Assembly (NCBI GenBank): GCA_902619105.1
Contig: CACNCV010000002.1
Location: forward strand, 172,436 to 236,435
Reading direction: 5' to 3'
Origin: an uncultured Pelagibacteraceae bacterium
Lineage (GTDB): Bacteria; Pseudomonadota; Alphaproteobacteria; Pelagibacterales; AG-422-B15
Length of the DNA: 64,000 nt
Positions 29,764-39,966 of this stretch are shown here, one piece after another. Each line of letters opens with the position of its first letter. Within the stretch, counting starts at the first letter, position 1. The translations under genes and the position numbers were made by a program. Below the pieces are notes generated by a model. The model made no database searches. It saw only the letters and a program-made list of their open reading frames with translations, and was not told where the DNA came from.

Positions 29764-31194
29764 TTAACTTTTAGTAGTAGCGAACGCTTCCAAAGCTTTT
29801 TGTCTAGAGGAACCAATCTCGACAATTGGCATTGGATAATCTTTACCAAGTTTAACATTTGCCGAGTCTAGGACATCTTTAGGTGCCTCCCAAGGATTAA
29901 ATAAATACTTATTTGGCATATCCTTAAGTTCAGGAATATATTTTTTTGTATATTTGCCATCTGGATCAAATTTCTGACCCTGCATAACTGGATTGAATAT
30001 TCTAAAATATGGTGCTGCATCAGCTCCTGAACCGGCAATCCATTGCCATCCTGCACTATTATTAGCAAGATCGGCATCAACTAAACAATCCCAGAACCAT
30101 CTTTCACCATGGTGCCAGTGTAATAATAAATTTTTGACTAAGAATGACCCCACAACCATCCTCAAACGATTGTGCATATAGCCAGTCTGCCACAGTTCCC
30201 TCATACCAGCGTCTACTATTGGATATCCTGTTAGCCCCTTTTGCCATTTCTTTAATACATCTTTATTTTTATCCCAAGGAAATTTATCAAACTTCTTTTG
30301 AAGATTTTCTTTTGGTAAGGTTGGGAAGTGGTACAGAAGATTGAAAGAAAATTCTCTCCAACCAAGTTCACTTAAAAAATGATCCAAATCTCTTTTGATT
30401 TCTTTTTTTCCTTCTTGGGTTTTTGATCGATACCAAACTTGGTTAGGTGAAACCTCTCCAAAATGTAAATGAGGTGATAGTTGTGAAACATTGTTTCCAG
30501 ACGGAAAATTTCTACCATCTTTATAGTTAGCAAGGCCTTCTTTTATAAAGACATCAATTTTATTATTTGCACCCTTCTCTCCCGGCGTCCAGAGTTTTTC
30601 CATCTGGTCATACCAATTGTTTTCTGGCATTAGTTCTAGATCATCTATACTAATACTAATTGTCTTATCCAACAATAGATTGTCTAACTTGGGTTTTTGT
30701 ATTGGGGTTCTTGGCATTTCAGAATTCAAACAACCTTTTCTGTAGTAAGGAGTAAATACTTTATAAGGAGTGCCATCATTTTTTACTACATTCCATGGTT
30801 CCCAAAGAAGAGATCCATTAAATGTGTTTACACTTATTTTCTTATCTTCAAAAAAACTTTTGATTTTTTTATCTCTTTTTATTCGCCACGGTTCATAGCA
30901 TCTATTCCAGAATATCTCTTTTACATTATAAGTTTCAGTAAGTTTAATAAGGATGTTCTTTGGATCTCCTTTATACAGACTCAAATTATTATCTAATGAT
31001 TTTTTTAGAGCAATTAATGATTGGTGAAGCCACCATTTACTAGCAGAACCATTTATATGTTCTTTCGAGTTTTCATCATCAAATATGAAAATCGGCAACG
31101 TGGCACCATTTTTAATCGAATTATATAATCCAGGATTGTCTGATAGTCGTAAATCTTGTCTGAACCAGAAAATATTAATATCTTTTTTGGGCAT
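29764..31194 (-). CDS. phr: Deoxyribodipyrimidine (CPD) photolyase, probably class III
   Basis: WFRQDLRLSDNP, SPHLHFGE, ELGWREF, TGYPIVDAGMREL, MHNRLRM, DADLANN, YFRIFNP. Confidence 0.93.
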   Translation of the reverse strand: MPKKDINIFWFRQDLRLSDNPGLYNSIKNGATLPIFIFDDENSKEHINGSASKWWLHQSLIALKKSLDNNLSLYKGDPKNILIKLTETYNVKEIFWNRCYEPWRIKRDKKIKSFFEDKKISVNTFNGSLLWEPWNVVKNDGTPYKVFTPYYRKGCLNSEMPRTPIQKPKLDNLLLDKTISISIDDLELMPENNWYDQMEKLWTPGEKGANNKIDVFIKEGLANYKDGRNFPSGNNVSQLSPHLHFGEVSPNQVWYRSKTQEGKKEIKRDLDHFLSELGWREFSFNLLYHFPTLPKENLQKKFDKFPWDKNKDVLKKWQKGLTGYPIVDAGMRELWQTGYMHNRLRMVVGSFLVKNLLLHWHHGERWFWDCLVDADLANNSAGWQWIAGSGADAAPYFRIFNPVMQGQKFDPDGKYTKKYIPELKDMPNKYLFNPWEAPKDVLDSANVKLGKDYPMPIVEIGSSRQKALEAFATTKS

Positions 31195-31241
31195 AAACTA
31201 AAATATAGTCTAAATAATTAGACTTTCCATACCAACCGGGT

Positions 31242-31763
31242 TTATTGAATCTTATATTCAAAATTTTGAGTTGTTGGATTGTGCCCCAATAATTTAGCTC
31301 CATTTCTTATATGATAGTGCGTTGCCATAGGGGTTAATGGAGAAAGTGTAACTATTCTTTTATATCCCATTTCCTTGCCAAATTTTAAAGCCTCTTCCAT
31401 AATTTTTCGTCCCGCACCTTTTTTACGAGACCATACAGTGTAAGCAATAATTGTATCCGCATTTTGCTCGTAAACTGCTAAACGGCTCATCAAATCTAAT
31501 TCTCTTACTGAATGAGGAACGTCCTTAGTAAACGCCAAGCACATAATGCCTTCAATTTGATTATTGTATTCCAGGCCATAAATTTTTCTATCATGAGAGG
31601 TTCTCCATTTTACATCAAGTTCAGGTCTTACAGGATCTTCAGTTACATCAATATTATCTAATTCAATAAATTTAGATGTCTTAATCCAACTGAAATCAGT
31701 TAAATTAAAGTTAAATATTGATTTAAAAAAATTTAATATTTTTACAAATAAGTTGTTCATCAA
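31242..31763 (-). CDS. Hypothetical protein with a GNAT-like acetyl-CoA-binding motif
   Basis: AYTVWSRKKGAGRKIM contains R-x-x-G-x-G after a beta strand; later 'ATHYHIRNGA' resembles GNAT motif B. Confidence 0.55.
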   Translation of the reverse strand: MMNNLFVKILNFFKSIFNFNLTDFSWIKTSKFIELDNIDVTEDPVRPELDVKWRTSHDRKIYGLEYNNQIEGIMCLAFTKDVPHSVRELDLMSRLAVYEQNADTIIAYTVWSRKKGAGRKIMEEALKFGKEMGYKRIVTLSPLTPMATHYHIRNGAKLLGHNPTTQNFEYKIQ

Positions 31764-31873
31764 TTAGCTATTTATTTTCGGTCTACTCTTTAGGTTAATT
31801 TACACCTATCATTTTAGTGTCAGCCTTAAAAGGTAAATTATTATCTAGATCCGTATAATATCTTAGGCACGTG

Positions 31874-32716
31874 CTAAACGTGTTGAATAAATAGTGTTGG
31901 TACACTATGAGTATGACATTTGATGGTCATAACTAAAGTATTCTCTTTTACACCTTTTTTGATTTCAGATATATCTATGCCAGATGCTACCAATTCGTCT
32001 CTTTTTTTAACTATATCCTCTACTTCCCAAGCAAGCCCCCCTAATTTATCTTCGGGAGTTTCGTTTTTGTCTTTTTCTTCAATTACTTCAATAATGGTTT
32101 TGTTTAATTTAAAAAAAAGTATTCTTCTTTTCCAAGTTTCAATAAACTTATCTAAAGCAAGCCTTATTTTAAAAATCTTATTATATATTTCTATAAAACT
32201 ATCTGCATCATTAGTTTTAATTACAACATGATCCAGTTTTTTTACTGCATTATCTGAAAACTTCATTGCTTCAGGCAAATGCCCTTCTTTATGTTGAATA
32301 ATAAATGAAAATAAACCGCGAGTTAATTCAACAGGTAAAAATTGATTAACCCATGATCTCTTAGAATTATTATTGGTATTTATTCCTTCACCATTTGATT
32401 GACTTGGAAGAGAGTAACCAAGAGCAATTAGTTTATTTCTTACGGCTTGCAAATCATCAGTTCCTAACACTATTCCCATCAAGCCCTCACCATCATTTTT
32501 AATTTTATTTTTAACAAGCTGTGCGCCCACTCCATCTCCAGTTGCAGCCAAAAGTTCTAAATATGTATTTTGTAAATTGAATAATGAATTTGAGGTTCCC
32601 CACTCTTTATGATGACCTCTCCATGATGGGTTTATACCTAATATTTTTTGGTAATTTTGCTCTGCTTCCTCAAGATTGTTCACAGCTATAATTAAGTGAT
32701 CTAAAGACTTAATCAT
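31874..32716 (-). CDS. VOC/glyoxalase-like protein with two domains
   Basis: LDHLIIAV...H..WGTSN.L...TYLELL; second domain LDHVVI...IIEVI. Confidence 0.8.
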   Translation of the reverse strand: MIKSLDHLIIAVNNLEEAEQNYQKILGINPSWRGHHKEWGTSNSLFNLQNTYLELLAATGDGVGAQLVKNKIKNDGEGLMGIVLGTDDLQAVRNKLIALGYSLPSQSNGEGINTNNNSKRSWVNQFLPVELTRGLFSFIIQHKEGHLPEAMKFSDNAVKKLDHVVIKTNDADSFIEIYNKIFKIRLALDKFIETWKRRILFFKLNKTIIEVIEEKDKNETPEDKLGGLAWEVEDIVKKRDELVASGIDISEIKKGVKENTLVMTIKCHTHSVPTLFIQHV

Positions 32717-32752
32717 GTTTTTACTCTCAGTATTACCTTCAATTCTATTTAA

Positions 32753-33907
32753 TTAAGTTCTTTTTGTAATTATAGTATTTAATATAAAATTATCACCCGC
32801 TCCTTTTTTAAAGTAATCAAAAAAAATTTTTGGGTCGATAATTGGCGACTCTGGAGTATGAACTCCATTTTTATTAATTTTACCATCAATAAACATTTGG
32901 ACACCAACTGTTAAAGGCAGTGAGGTTGCTTCACCCATAGAAAAACTATCAATATCACCATCAATTGTAACTCCAATTGATGTAAATTTATTTCCTTTTA
33001 AACCTTCTGCATAACCATAAATGCTAGGAAGATTTTCTTTTTTATAATCTACCATATCCGGACCATTTAGACTTTCAAGCCAAGTCAAAATTCTTGCGGC
33101 AAAATTTTTGGTAATAATTTTCATATTTATTAAAAATCTAATAGTTTTTAAGATTGCTATAAAACTACTCTCAATACCATGCATTAAATTATAAGACTCT
33201 TTAATATCCTGGTAATTGTTAGGAAATGTTATGGCCTCAGGGTGTCCAAAAATATATGTGCTTCTTTTCCCAATATCAGGATAATCAACCTTGATTTCTT
33301 CAAGAGGTTTTACCATTTCAAAATTTCCATTTTTAAAAATTTTTACCTCTCCAATCATTTGCTCTATACCATGCACCATTGCAGCACTAACTCCCGATTG
33401 AGATGACTCACTTTCTGGTTTTGCGGCAGACATATCCCAGCCTGTATAAACTTTTCTAACTTCATCAAGTTCAGATATTGCTATATGAGCCAATATATTT
33501 GTTAGTCCTGGACTTGCTCCAAGACCTATAATAGCTGTGATATTTGCCTTTTTTGCATCTTCATTCATTTGAAGCATCTTTTCGGTTGGCTCCCAATCAT
33601 CGCAGATATCAAAGTAGTGTGTATTAGTTTGAATTGCAGCTTTGAGTATGGGTTCTGCAAATAAAAAGAATGGTCCGGTCGTATTGACTGCAATATCAAC
33701 TTTTAACATTTCCGATTTCAGGTTTTCAAAGTCTCTGATATCTAATTTTAAACCTTCAACTCTATTGTCAAAATGTGAAGCAAATTTTTTTGCCGATAAA
33801 GAATTAACGTCTGCTACATAAATCTTTTCAATCTGTTTTATGTTGTGCAAGTATTGAACTGCATATCTTCCCATGCCACCACTTCCACCTAATGCTAGGA
33901 CCTTCAT
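32753..33907 (-). CDS. Saccharopine-dehydrogenase-like NAD(P) oxidoreductase
   Basis: LGGSGGMG, NTTGPF, HYFDICDD, GLGASPGLTNIL, GHPE. Confidence 0.85.
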   Translation of the reverse strand: MKVLALGGSGGMGRYAVQYLHNIKQIEKIYVADVNSLSAKKFASHFDNRVEGLKLDIRDFENLKSEMLKVDIAVNTTGPFFLFAEPILKAAIQTNTHYFDICDDWEPTEKMLQMNEDAKKANITAIIGLGASPGLTNILAHIAISELDEVRKVYTGWDMSAAKPESESSQSGVSAAMVHGIEQMIGEVKIFKNGNFEMVKPLEEIKVDYPDIGKRSTYIFGHPEAITFPNNYQDIKESYNLMHGIESSFIAILKTIRFLINMKIITKNFAARILTWLESLNGPDMVDYKKENLPSIYGYAEGLKGNKFTSIGVTIDGDIDSFSMGEATSLPLTVGVQMFIDGKINKNGVHTPESPIIDPKIFFDYFKKGAGDNFILNTIITKRT

Positions 33908-33910
33908 AAA

Positions 33911-35449
33911 TTACTCCCACTCAATAGTTCCTGGTGGTTTTGAAGTTGTATCGTATACAACTCTATTTATACCCTTAACCTCATTTATTATTCTTGTTGA
34001 TACTTTACTCAAAAATTCACCTTTGAAAGGATAAAAATCTGCCGTCATTCCATCAACAGACGTAACAGCTCTTAATCCACAAACTTGCTCGTATGATCTA
34101 TGATCGCCCATAACACCAACAGTTTTAACGGGCATTAGAACTGCAAATGCCTGCCATATTTTGTCATATAGGCCCGCTTCTTTAATTTCTTCTATATATA
34201 TACTATCAGCCTCTTGTAAAATTTTTACTCTATCTGCAGTTACCTCACCAAGTATTCTTATTCCCAATCCGGGGCCTGGAAACGGATGTCTGTTAATGAA
34301 TTTTTTTGGAAGTCTCATCTCCAGTCCTAATTTTCTAACTTCATCCTTAAAAAGTTCTCTTAAAGGCTCAACAAGTTTAAGTTTCATTCTTTTTGGTAAC
34401 CCACCAACATTATGATGAGATTTAATGACTGATGTCGGACCACCATGAAAGCTCTGACTTTCAATTACATCAGGATAAATAGTTCCTTGAGCTAAATATT
34501 TAGCACGTTTTATTTTGTTTGCCTCTTGATTAAATATTTTAATAAAAAGATTACCTATTATTTTTCTCTTTTTTTCTGGATCTGTGGCTCCTTTTAGGGC
34601 TTTTATAAATGTCTTTCTTGAGTCTTTTACTATTAATCGAGATTTAAAATGCTTTTTAAACATTTTTATTACCTCTTTTGTTTCGTTTAGTCTCATTAAA
34701 CCTGTATCAACATAAATGCATATTAATTGCTTATTTATGGCTTTTGAAATTATAGCTGCAGTTACAGTACTATCCACTCCACCCGATAATCCACAAATTA
34801 CCTGATCCTTATGAACTGAATGCTTAATCTCAGTAATCTGATTTCTTAAATGGTTTTTCATGCTCCAGTTTCTTTTTACCTTGCAAATTTTAAATATAAA
34901 ATTTTCGATTATCTTATGACCATTGGGTGTATGGACAACTTCAGGATGAAATTGTAAACCATAATAAGATTTTTTTTCATTCTCAACTGCTGCAAACTTA
35001 GTATTTGAACTTGATGCAATGCTTTTAAAATCTCTTGGTAGACTAATAACCTTGTCACCATGGCTCATCCAGACATAATTCGAGCTCATTCCTATCCTAA
35101 ATCCTGAGAATAAAAGACTTTTTTTTGAGGGCTTTATAAGAGTTTTACCAAATTCTCTTTTTTTTGAAATTTTAACCTTTCCACCAAGTTGATAACATAA
35201 TAATTGCATACCATAGCAAATTCCCAATATTGGAATATTTAGATTAAATATTCTTTTATCAATTCTTGGAGTATTTGACTTATGAACACTTGCTGGACCC
35301 CCAGAGAAAACTATTCCTGAACATCCTCTATTAAGTATTTGCTTATAAAGTGATTTGCTTGAGACAATTTCACAATAAACACCAGCTTCTCTTACTCTTC
35401 TTGCTATTAACTGTGTTACTTGAGATCCAAAATCAACAATAAATATCAT
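33911..35449 (-). CDS. guaA: GMP synthase (glutamine-hydrolysing)
   Basis: DFGSQ, LGICYGMQ, QFHPEV, SGGVDS, QGTIYPDVIES, KSHHNVGG, KPPGTIEWE. Confidence 0.99.
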   Translation of the reverse strand: MIFIVDFGSQVTQLIARRVREAGVYCEIVSSKSLYKQILNRGCSGIVFSGGPASVHKSNTPRIDKRIFNLNIPILGICYGMQLLCYQLGGKVKISKKREFGKTLIKPSKKSLLFSGFRIGMSSNYVWMSHGDKVISLPRDFKSIASSSNTKFAAVENEKKSYYGLQFHPEVVHTPNGHKIIENFIFKICKVKRNWSMKNHLRNQITEIKHSVHKDQVICGLSGGVDSTVTAAIISKAINKQLICIYVDTGLMRLNETKEVIKMFKKHFKSRLIVKDSRKTFIKALKGATDPEKKRKIIGNLFIKIFNQEANKIKRAKYLAQGTIYPDVIESQSFHGGPTSVIKSHHNVGGLPKRMKLKLVEPLRELFKDEVRKLGLEMRLPKKFINRHPFPGPGLGIRILGEVTADRVKILQEADSIYIEEIKEAGLYDKIWQAFAVLMPVKTVGVMGDHRSYEQVCGLRAVTSVDGMTADFYPFKGEFLSKVSTRIINEVKGINRVVYDTTSKPPGTIEWE

Positions 35450-35452
35450 TAT

Positions 35453-35851
35453 TTATTCCGCCAAATCTTTTAATTTGACAATTTCTTCGCATGAAGTTTC
35501 ACATAATATTTCAAGATTAGATATTTGCTCAGCGTATTGCTCAATTAGACCTAATTCATAAGATACTTTTCCTATTAAAAAATTAAGCTCAAGATTGTGT
35601 GGGATAAGCGTAAAAACAATTTCATAATATTTAAGAGCATTATTCTTATCTTCTAAGCCTTCATATGATTTGCCTAATAAAATATATGACACAGATGATT
35701 TGGGATTAAAAACAATATCTTTTTCCAAATACCTTATCGCTTTTTCAAAATTTTCTTCATTAAAACCATTTAACGCAGATGCATAAAAACTATTTGAGGC
35801 AGATATAATTGTTGGAAAAAGAAAAATGACTGTTACAAATAGTATTTTCAT
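35453..35851 (-). CDS. Exported TPR-repeat protein
   Basis: The ATG at 35851 gives signal peptide MKILFVTVIFLFPTIISA; TPR-like helices follow. The track start at 35914 overlaps guaB. Confidence 0.75.
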   Translation of the reverse strand: MKILFVTVIFLFPTIISASNSFYASALNGFNEENFEKAIRYLEKDIVFNPKSSVSYILLGKSYEGLEDKNNALKYYEIVFTLIPHNLELNFLIGKVSYELGLIEQYAEQISNLEILCETSCEEIVKLKDLAE

Positions 35852-35858
35852 TAAACGT

Positions 35859-37325
35859 TTATATATTTGTCGGATAATTTGGTGACTCTCTTGTGATATC
35901 GACATCATGTACATGGCTTTCCTTAAGACCTGCTCCTGTAATTTCTACAAACTTAACATTCTTTTTAAATTCTACTATATCTTTTGAACCAGTGTATCCC
36001 ATAGAAGCCTTTAAGCCTCCAACAAGCTGGTATATGATTGGCGATATAGGTCCTTTGTAAGGAACTCTTCCCTCGATTCCCTCAGGAACATGTTTATTGC
36101 TCTCAGTTATTTCTTCTTGAAAATACCTATCTGCAGATCCCCTGGCCATAGCCCCAAGCGATCCCATTCCTCTGTATGATTTATAGCTTCTTCCCTTAAA
36201 TAAATATACCTCACCAGGAGATTCGTCAGTTCCAGCAAAGAGTGAACCAATCATAACCCCGCTTGCTCCTGCACCTAAGGCTTTTGCTATATCACCAGAA
36301 TATTTAATTCCACCATCCGCAATTATCGGCACTCCTTTTTTTGCTGCAGTTTCAGCACAGTCTAAAATTGCTGAAAATTGAGGTACACCAATTCCAGCTA
36401 CCACTCTAGTAGTACATATTGATCCCGGACCTATTCCAACTTTCACACAATCAGCTCCTTGATCAATAAGTTCTTCGGTGGCTTCTTTTGTAGCAACATT
36501 TCCAACAATCACATCTGTTGAGAATTTTGATTTTATTTCTTTTAAGGTACTGATAACTTTTTCTGAATGACCGTGTGCAGTGTCAATGACAAGAACATCT
36601 ACGCCAGCATCAACTATTTGTTCTGCTCTATTAATTGCTTCTTCACCAACTCCGATTGCTGCTCCAACTATCAGCCTACCTTTTTGATCTTTCGAAGCAT
36701 TTGGATGAAGCTGACTTTTTTCTATGTCTTTAACAGTAATTAAACCAATACATTTGCCCTTATCATCAACAACTAATAATTTTTCAATTCTATGCTTGTG
36801 TAGTAATTTTTGGGCATCATCTGTTGAAATTCCATCTTTGACTGTGACCAAATTTTCACTAGTCATTAATTCACTTATTTTTTGAGACATATTTGTTGCG
36901 AATCGTACGTCCCTATTTGTTAGAATGCCTAATAATTTGTCATCTACGTCAACAACAGGTATGCCTGAAATCTCATTGACTTTCATTAATTCTAGAGCGT
37001 CAGCTAACGTTGCAGATGGTAATATAGTTAGCGGATCAATTACCATTCCGGTTTCAAATTTTTTCACTTTTGAAACATTCTGTGACTGTTCATCTATAGA
37101 CATATTTTTATGTAATATCCCCATTCCACCAGACTGGGCAATTGCAATAGCTAACTTATATTCAGTTACCGTATCCATTGCGGATGATATAAGAGGAACA
37201 CCCAATGAAATATTAGAAGTAATTTTTGTAAAAGTACTTACATCTGAAGGAAGCACAGAAGATCGCGCAGGCTTAATAAGAACGTCATCAAATGAGAGAG
37301 ACTTTTTAATACTGGAGTGCTCCAT
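35859..37325 (-). CDS. guaB: IMP dehydrogenase with CBS pair
   Basis: [40 protein letters not shown]. Confidence 0.99.
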   Translation of the reverse strand: MEHSSIKKSLSFDDVLIKPARSSVLPSDVSTFTKITSNISLGVPLISSAMDTVTEYKLAIAIAQSGGMGILHKNMSIDEQSQNVSKVKKFETGMVIDPLTILPSATLADALELMKVNEISGIPVVDVDDKLLGILTNRDVRFATNMSQKISELMTSENLVTVKDGISTDDAQKLLHKHRIEKLLVVDDKGKCIGLITVKDIEKSQLHPNASKDQKGRLIVGAAIGVGEEAINRAEQIVDAGVDVLVIDTAHGHSEKVISTLKEIKSKFSTDVIVGNVATKEATEELIDQGADCVKVGIGPGSICTTRVVAGIGVPQFSAILDCAETAAKKGVPIIADGGIKYSGDIAKALGAGASGVMIGSLFAGTDESPGEVYLFKGRSYKSYRGMGSLGAMARGSADRYFQEEITESNKHVPEGIEGRVPYKGPISPIIYQLVGGLKASMGYTGSKDIVEFKKNVKFVEITGAGLKESHVHDVDITRESPNYPTNI

Positions 37326-37356
37326 CTCAGAGGAATAAATTATTTATTAATTTATG

Positions 37357-38010
37357 TCAATCAATAGGTGATTTTTTTTCAAGACAAATCAAGTATATTT
37401 CACTCGAATCTTTGCGGCTTGACTTAGGCTTGAACGAAGTCACTTTTTTAAAATGTTTTTTACAAGTTTGTATAACTTCTGAAATATCACCTGATCTAAA
37501 ATATTTTGAAACCATATTCCCCCCTGGATTCAATTCTTTTAGGGCAAAATCAACAACATTTTCTAATAATTCAAGTGAAAGCAAAAAATCTGAAGATTTA
37601 TTGCCAGATAAATTTGGCGATAAATCAGACACTATAAGATCAAATTTGTCATATTTGGCTAATATTTCTGAGCATTCTTCAGACAAGAAATCGACTTTAT
37701 ATACATCAACATTCTTTATGGGATTCATATCTAAAAGATCTAATGCCACTATCTTTTTAAGATTTTTTCCACTAAATTTTAATACTTCGCTCCAACTTCC
37801 AGGAGCAGATCCAATGTCTAAAGCTTTTTCTGAGCCATCAAGAAGTTTATATTTTTCAATAATTTCAATTAACTTATAAGCCGCTCGAGATCTAAAATTA
37901 TCTTTAGAGGACTTAATTACATACTCATCCTCTAAATGTCTTTTAAGCCATTTTTTACTCTTATCTGAAAAGGACTTATTCTTGACTTTCATAAAATTGT
38001 TATTTTTCAA
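37357..38010 (-). CDS. rlmE: 23S rRNA U2552 2'-O-methyltransferase (start may be the ATG at 37992)
   Basis: RSRAAYKL, DIGSAPGSWS; K-D-K-E tetrad present (YKL, SDLSP, SKYF, SSEIY). Confidence 0.93.
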   Translation of the reverse strand: MKNNNFMKVKNKSFSDKSKKWLKRHLEDEYVIKSSKDNFRSRAAYKLIEIIEKYKLLDGSEKALDIGSAPGSWSEVLKFSGKNLKKIVALDLLDMNPIKNVDVYKVDFLSEECSEILAKYDKFDLIVSDLSPNLSGNKSSDFLLSLELLENVVDFALKELNPGGNMVSKYFRSGDISEVIQTCKKHFKKVTSFKPKSSRKDSSEIYLICLEKKSPID

Positions 38011-38057
38011 TCATTTATAGCTGAAAAAAGCACATTTGATAACTTAAAGATTCAAAC

Positions 38058-38104
38058 TATATCATAATGATATAGGTATTGATTATATATATCATTCTGA
38101 TATA
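38058..38104. promoter_or_regulatory. Two 7-3-7 palindromes TATATCA-N3-TGATATA (candidate PadR operators)
   Basis: 38058-38074 TATATCAtaaTGATATA and 38088-38104 TATATCAttcTGATATA, starts 30 bp apart. The first overlaps a possible -10 (TATCAT, 38060) located 18 bp after TTGATA (38036). Confidence 0.7.
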
Positions 38105-38125
38105 CATACGTTTTTTTAAAGGGTA

Positions 38126-39415
38126 TTGATGAAATACATAATACATATTGCACTGGTATTTTTATTGTTAAATGTTTCTGTTCAGGCTTTGAGTCTTAAG
38201 GAAGCAGTCAATGACTCACTATCTAATAATTTATCACTTAAGATTGAAGCTATAAATGTTGATATGGCTAAAGAGAATTATCTTCAATCAACAACAGACT
38301 ACTTTCCAACTATAACTTTAAGTGGCAGTTTATCTGAAAATGATTACTCCGACATTAAAACTCAGTCTGGAAGTGCTGCAAATAGTTACGAATCATCACC
38401 AAGTAGTAAATCTATTGTTTTTTCACAAAATGTATTTAGTGGTTTTAGTCGATTTTATAGTTCACTCTCCTCTAAGGAACAATTACGTATTCAGAATCTT
38501 ACTCAATCTAAAGTCACACAGGACATAATTTTAGAAACAATAGACGCTTACTACAATGTATTGCTTGCGCAAAAGATAGTTCAATCAAATAAGGATAACT
38601 TTAATTCGGTGAGTGAGAGGTTTAATGCGACTAGTAAGGAGTTTGAGGTTGGATTGGCTTCTAAGACTGATGTTGCACAATCAGATGCTTTTCTTAATAA
38701 TTCAAAAATAAATCTTCTCGATGCAAAAATAAATTTAAAAAATACAATGAATTTCTTTTATAATTTAATTGGAACTAAACCAAACAATTTAACATTTTCT
38801 GAAATTAATTCAGAAATTCCTGATACATTTGAAAAGTATAAAGAATTAGTTATAAAAAATAATTATACAATAAGGATAGTGAACTCCACACTTGATGTTT
38901 ACAACGCAAATATTGGGGTGGCTAGATCAGCCCTGTACCCACAAATTAATCTTACGGCCTCAAAAACAGAACTTGACGAATATTCGACAACTATAGATGA
39001 ACTTACAAATGAAGAATTACAGGCAACAGTCACATGGCCAATTTTTAAATCTGGAAAATCTCTGTCTAATATAAGAAAAGCAAAAAAACAAAAAAACAGT
39101 CAAATAATTCTAATACAACAAACTACAAACGAAACACTTTCACTGGCAGAGAACATTTGGGAAAACTATCTTATTACTGACGAAACAGTAGAAGCAGCTA
39201 AATTGAACTTTTTAGCTAATAAAACTGCATATGATGGCACTGTAATAGAAGAAGAGGTAGGAGAACGAAGCGTTCTAGATGTACTAACGGCAAGACAAAG
39301 TCTTCTTAATTCAGAAATTAAATACTTCCAAGAGCAAAAAGACCGCGAAATCACCAAAGCCCAAGTAATGTATATGTCAGGTATTCTAAATTTGTCATCA
39401 CTAGGAATAAATTAA
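38126..39415 (+). CDS. tolC: TolC-family outer-membrane efflux protein
   Basis: Signal peptide, two OEP repeats, FEVGLASKTDVAQS, EVGERSVLDVLTA. Confidence 0.9.
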   Translation: MMKYIIHIALVFLLLNVSVQALSLKEAVNDSLSNNLSLKIEAINVDMAKENYLQSTTDYFPTITLSGSLSENDYSDIKTQSGSAANSYESSPSSKSIVFSQNVFSGFSRFYSSLSSKEQLRIQNLTQSKVTQDIILETIDAYYNVLLAQKIVQSNKDNFNSVSERFNATSKEFEVGLASKTDVAQSDAFLNNSKINLLDAKINLKNTMNFFYNLIGTKPNNLTFSEINSEIPDTFEKYKELVIKNNYTIRIVNSTLDVYNANIGVARSALYPQINLTASKTELDEYSTTIDELTNEELQATVTWPIFKSGKSLSNIRKAKKQKNSQIILIQQTTNETLSLAENIWENYLITDETVEAAKLNFLANKTAYDGTVIEEEVGERSVLDVLTARQSLLNSEIKYFQEQKDREITKAQVMYMSGILNLSSLGIN

Positions 39416-39416
39416 T

Positions 39417-39965
39417 ATGCAAAAAGAAACGCTATGCTTAGGACTTCTATCGCTTGGACCAAGATCTGGTTATGAAATTAAACAAATGTTTGAAGGTCCA
39501 TTATCAGATTTTTATAGTTTAAGCTTTGGAACGATCTACCCAACTTTAAACAGCTTACAAGCTGATAAATATGTATCCTGCAAACAACATTCCCAAAGTA
39601 AAAAACCTGATAAAAAAGTTTACACAATAACTAAAAAAGGAATGGAATTAATGAAAGATAATTTACTTGGTGATGCATCTTCCTACATTCGATCAGGAAA
39701 TTTTGGAGACCAAATCAAGTCAGAGTTTTTTTTACTTTTATTATTTTCGAAATATTTACCAAAAGAAACCATGAATACAGTTTTAAATGAGCGAGTTTTG
39801 TATTTGAGACAAAAACTTGAACAATTTAATTACGATGGTCCAGTTCCAGGAAATTTAGATGCAATAAGAAACGAGAAGTCAGTATCTTTTATTAGAGGTC
39901 TGGCTTCAGCATTAATTGAAACAGGTTTGAGTTATATGGAAAAAAATAGAGGAAAGTTAAGTTAA
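39417..39965 (+). CDS. PadR-family transcriptional regulator (long, AphA-like subfamily)
   Basis: SGYEIKQ, SFGTIYPTL, PDKKVYTITKKG. Confidence 0.92.
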   Translation: MQKETLCLGLLSLGPRSGYEIKQMFEGPLSDFYSLSFGTIYPTLNSLQADKYVSCKQHSQSKKPDKKVYTITKKGMELMKDNLLGDASSYIRSGNFGDQIKSEFFLLLLFSKYLPKETMNTVLNERVLYLRQKLEQFNYDGPVPGNLDAIRNEKSVSFIRGLASALIETGLSYMEKNRGKLS

Positions 39966-39966
39966 A

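Noticed and set aside
31207-31224. Hairpin AGTCTA-AATAAT-TAGACT upstream of phr
   Set aside because: A 6-bp AT-rich stem; possibly a weak terminator but not supportable as a feature
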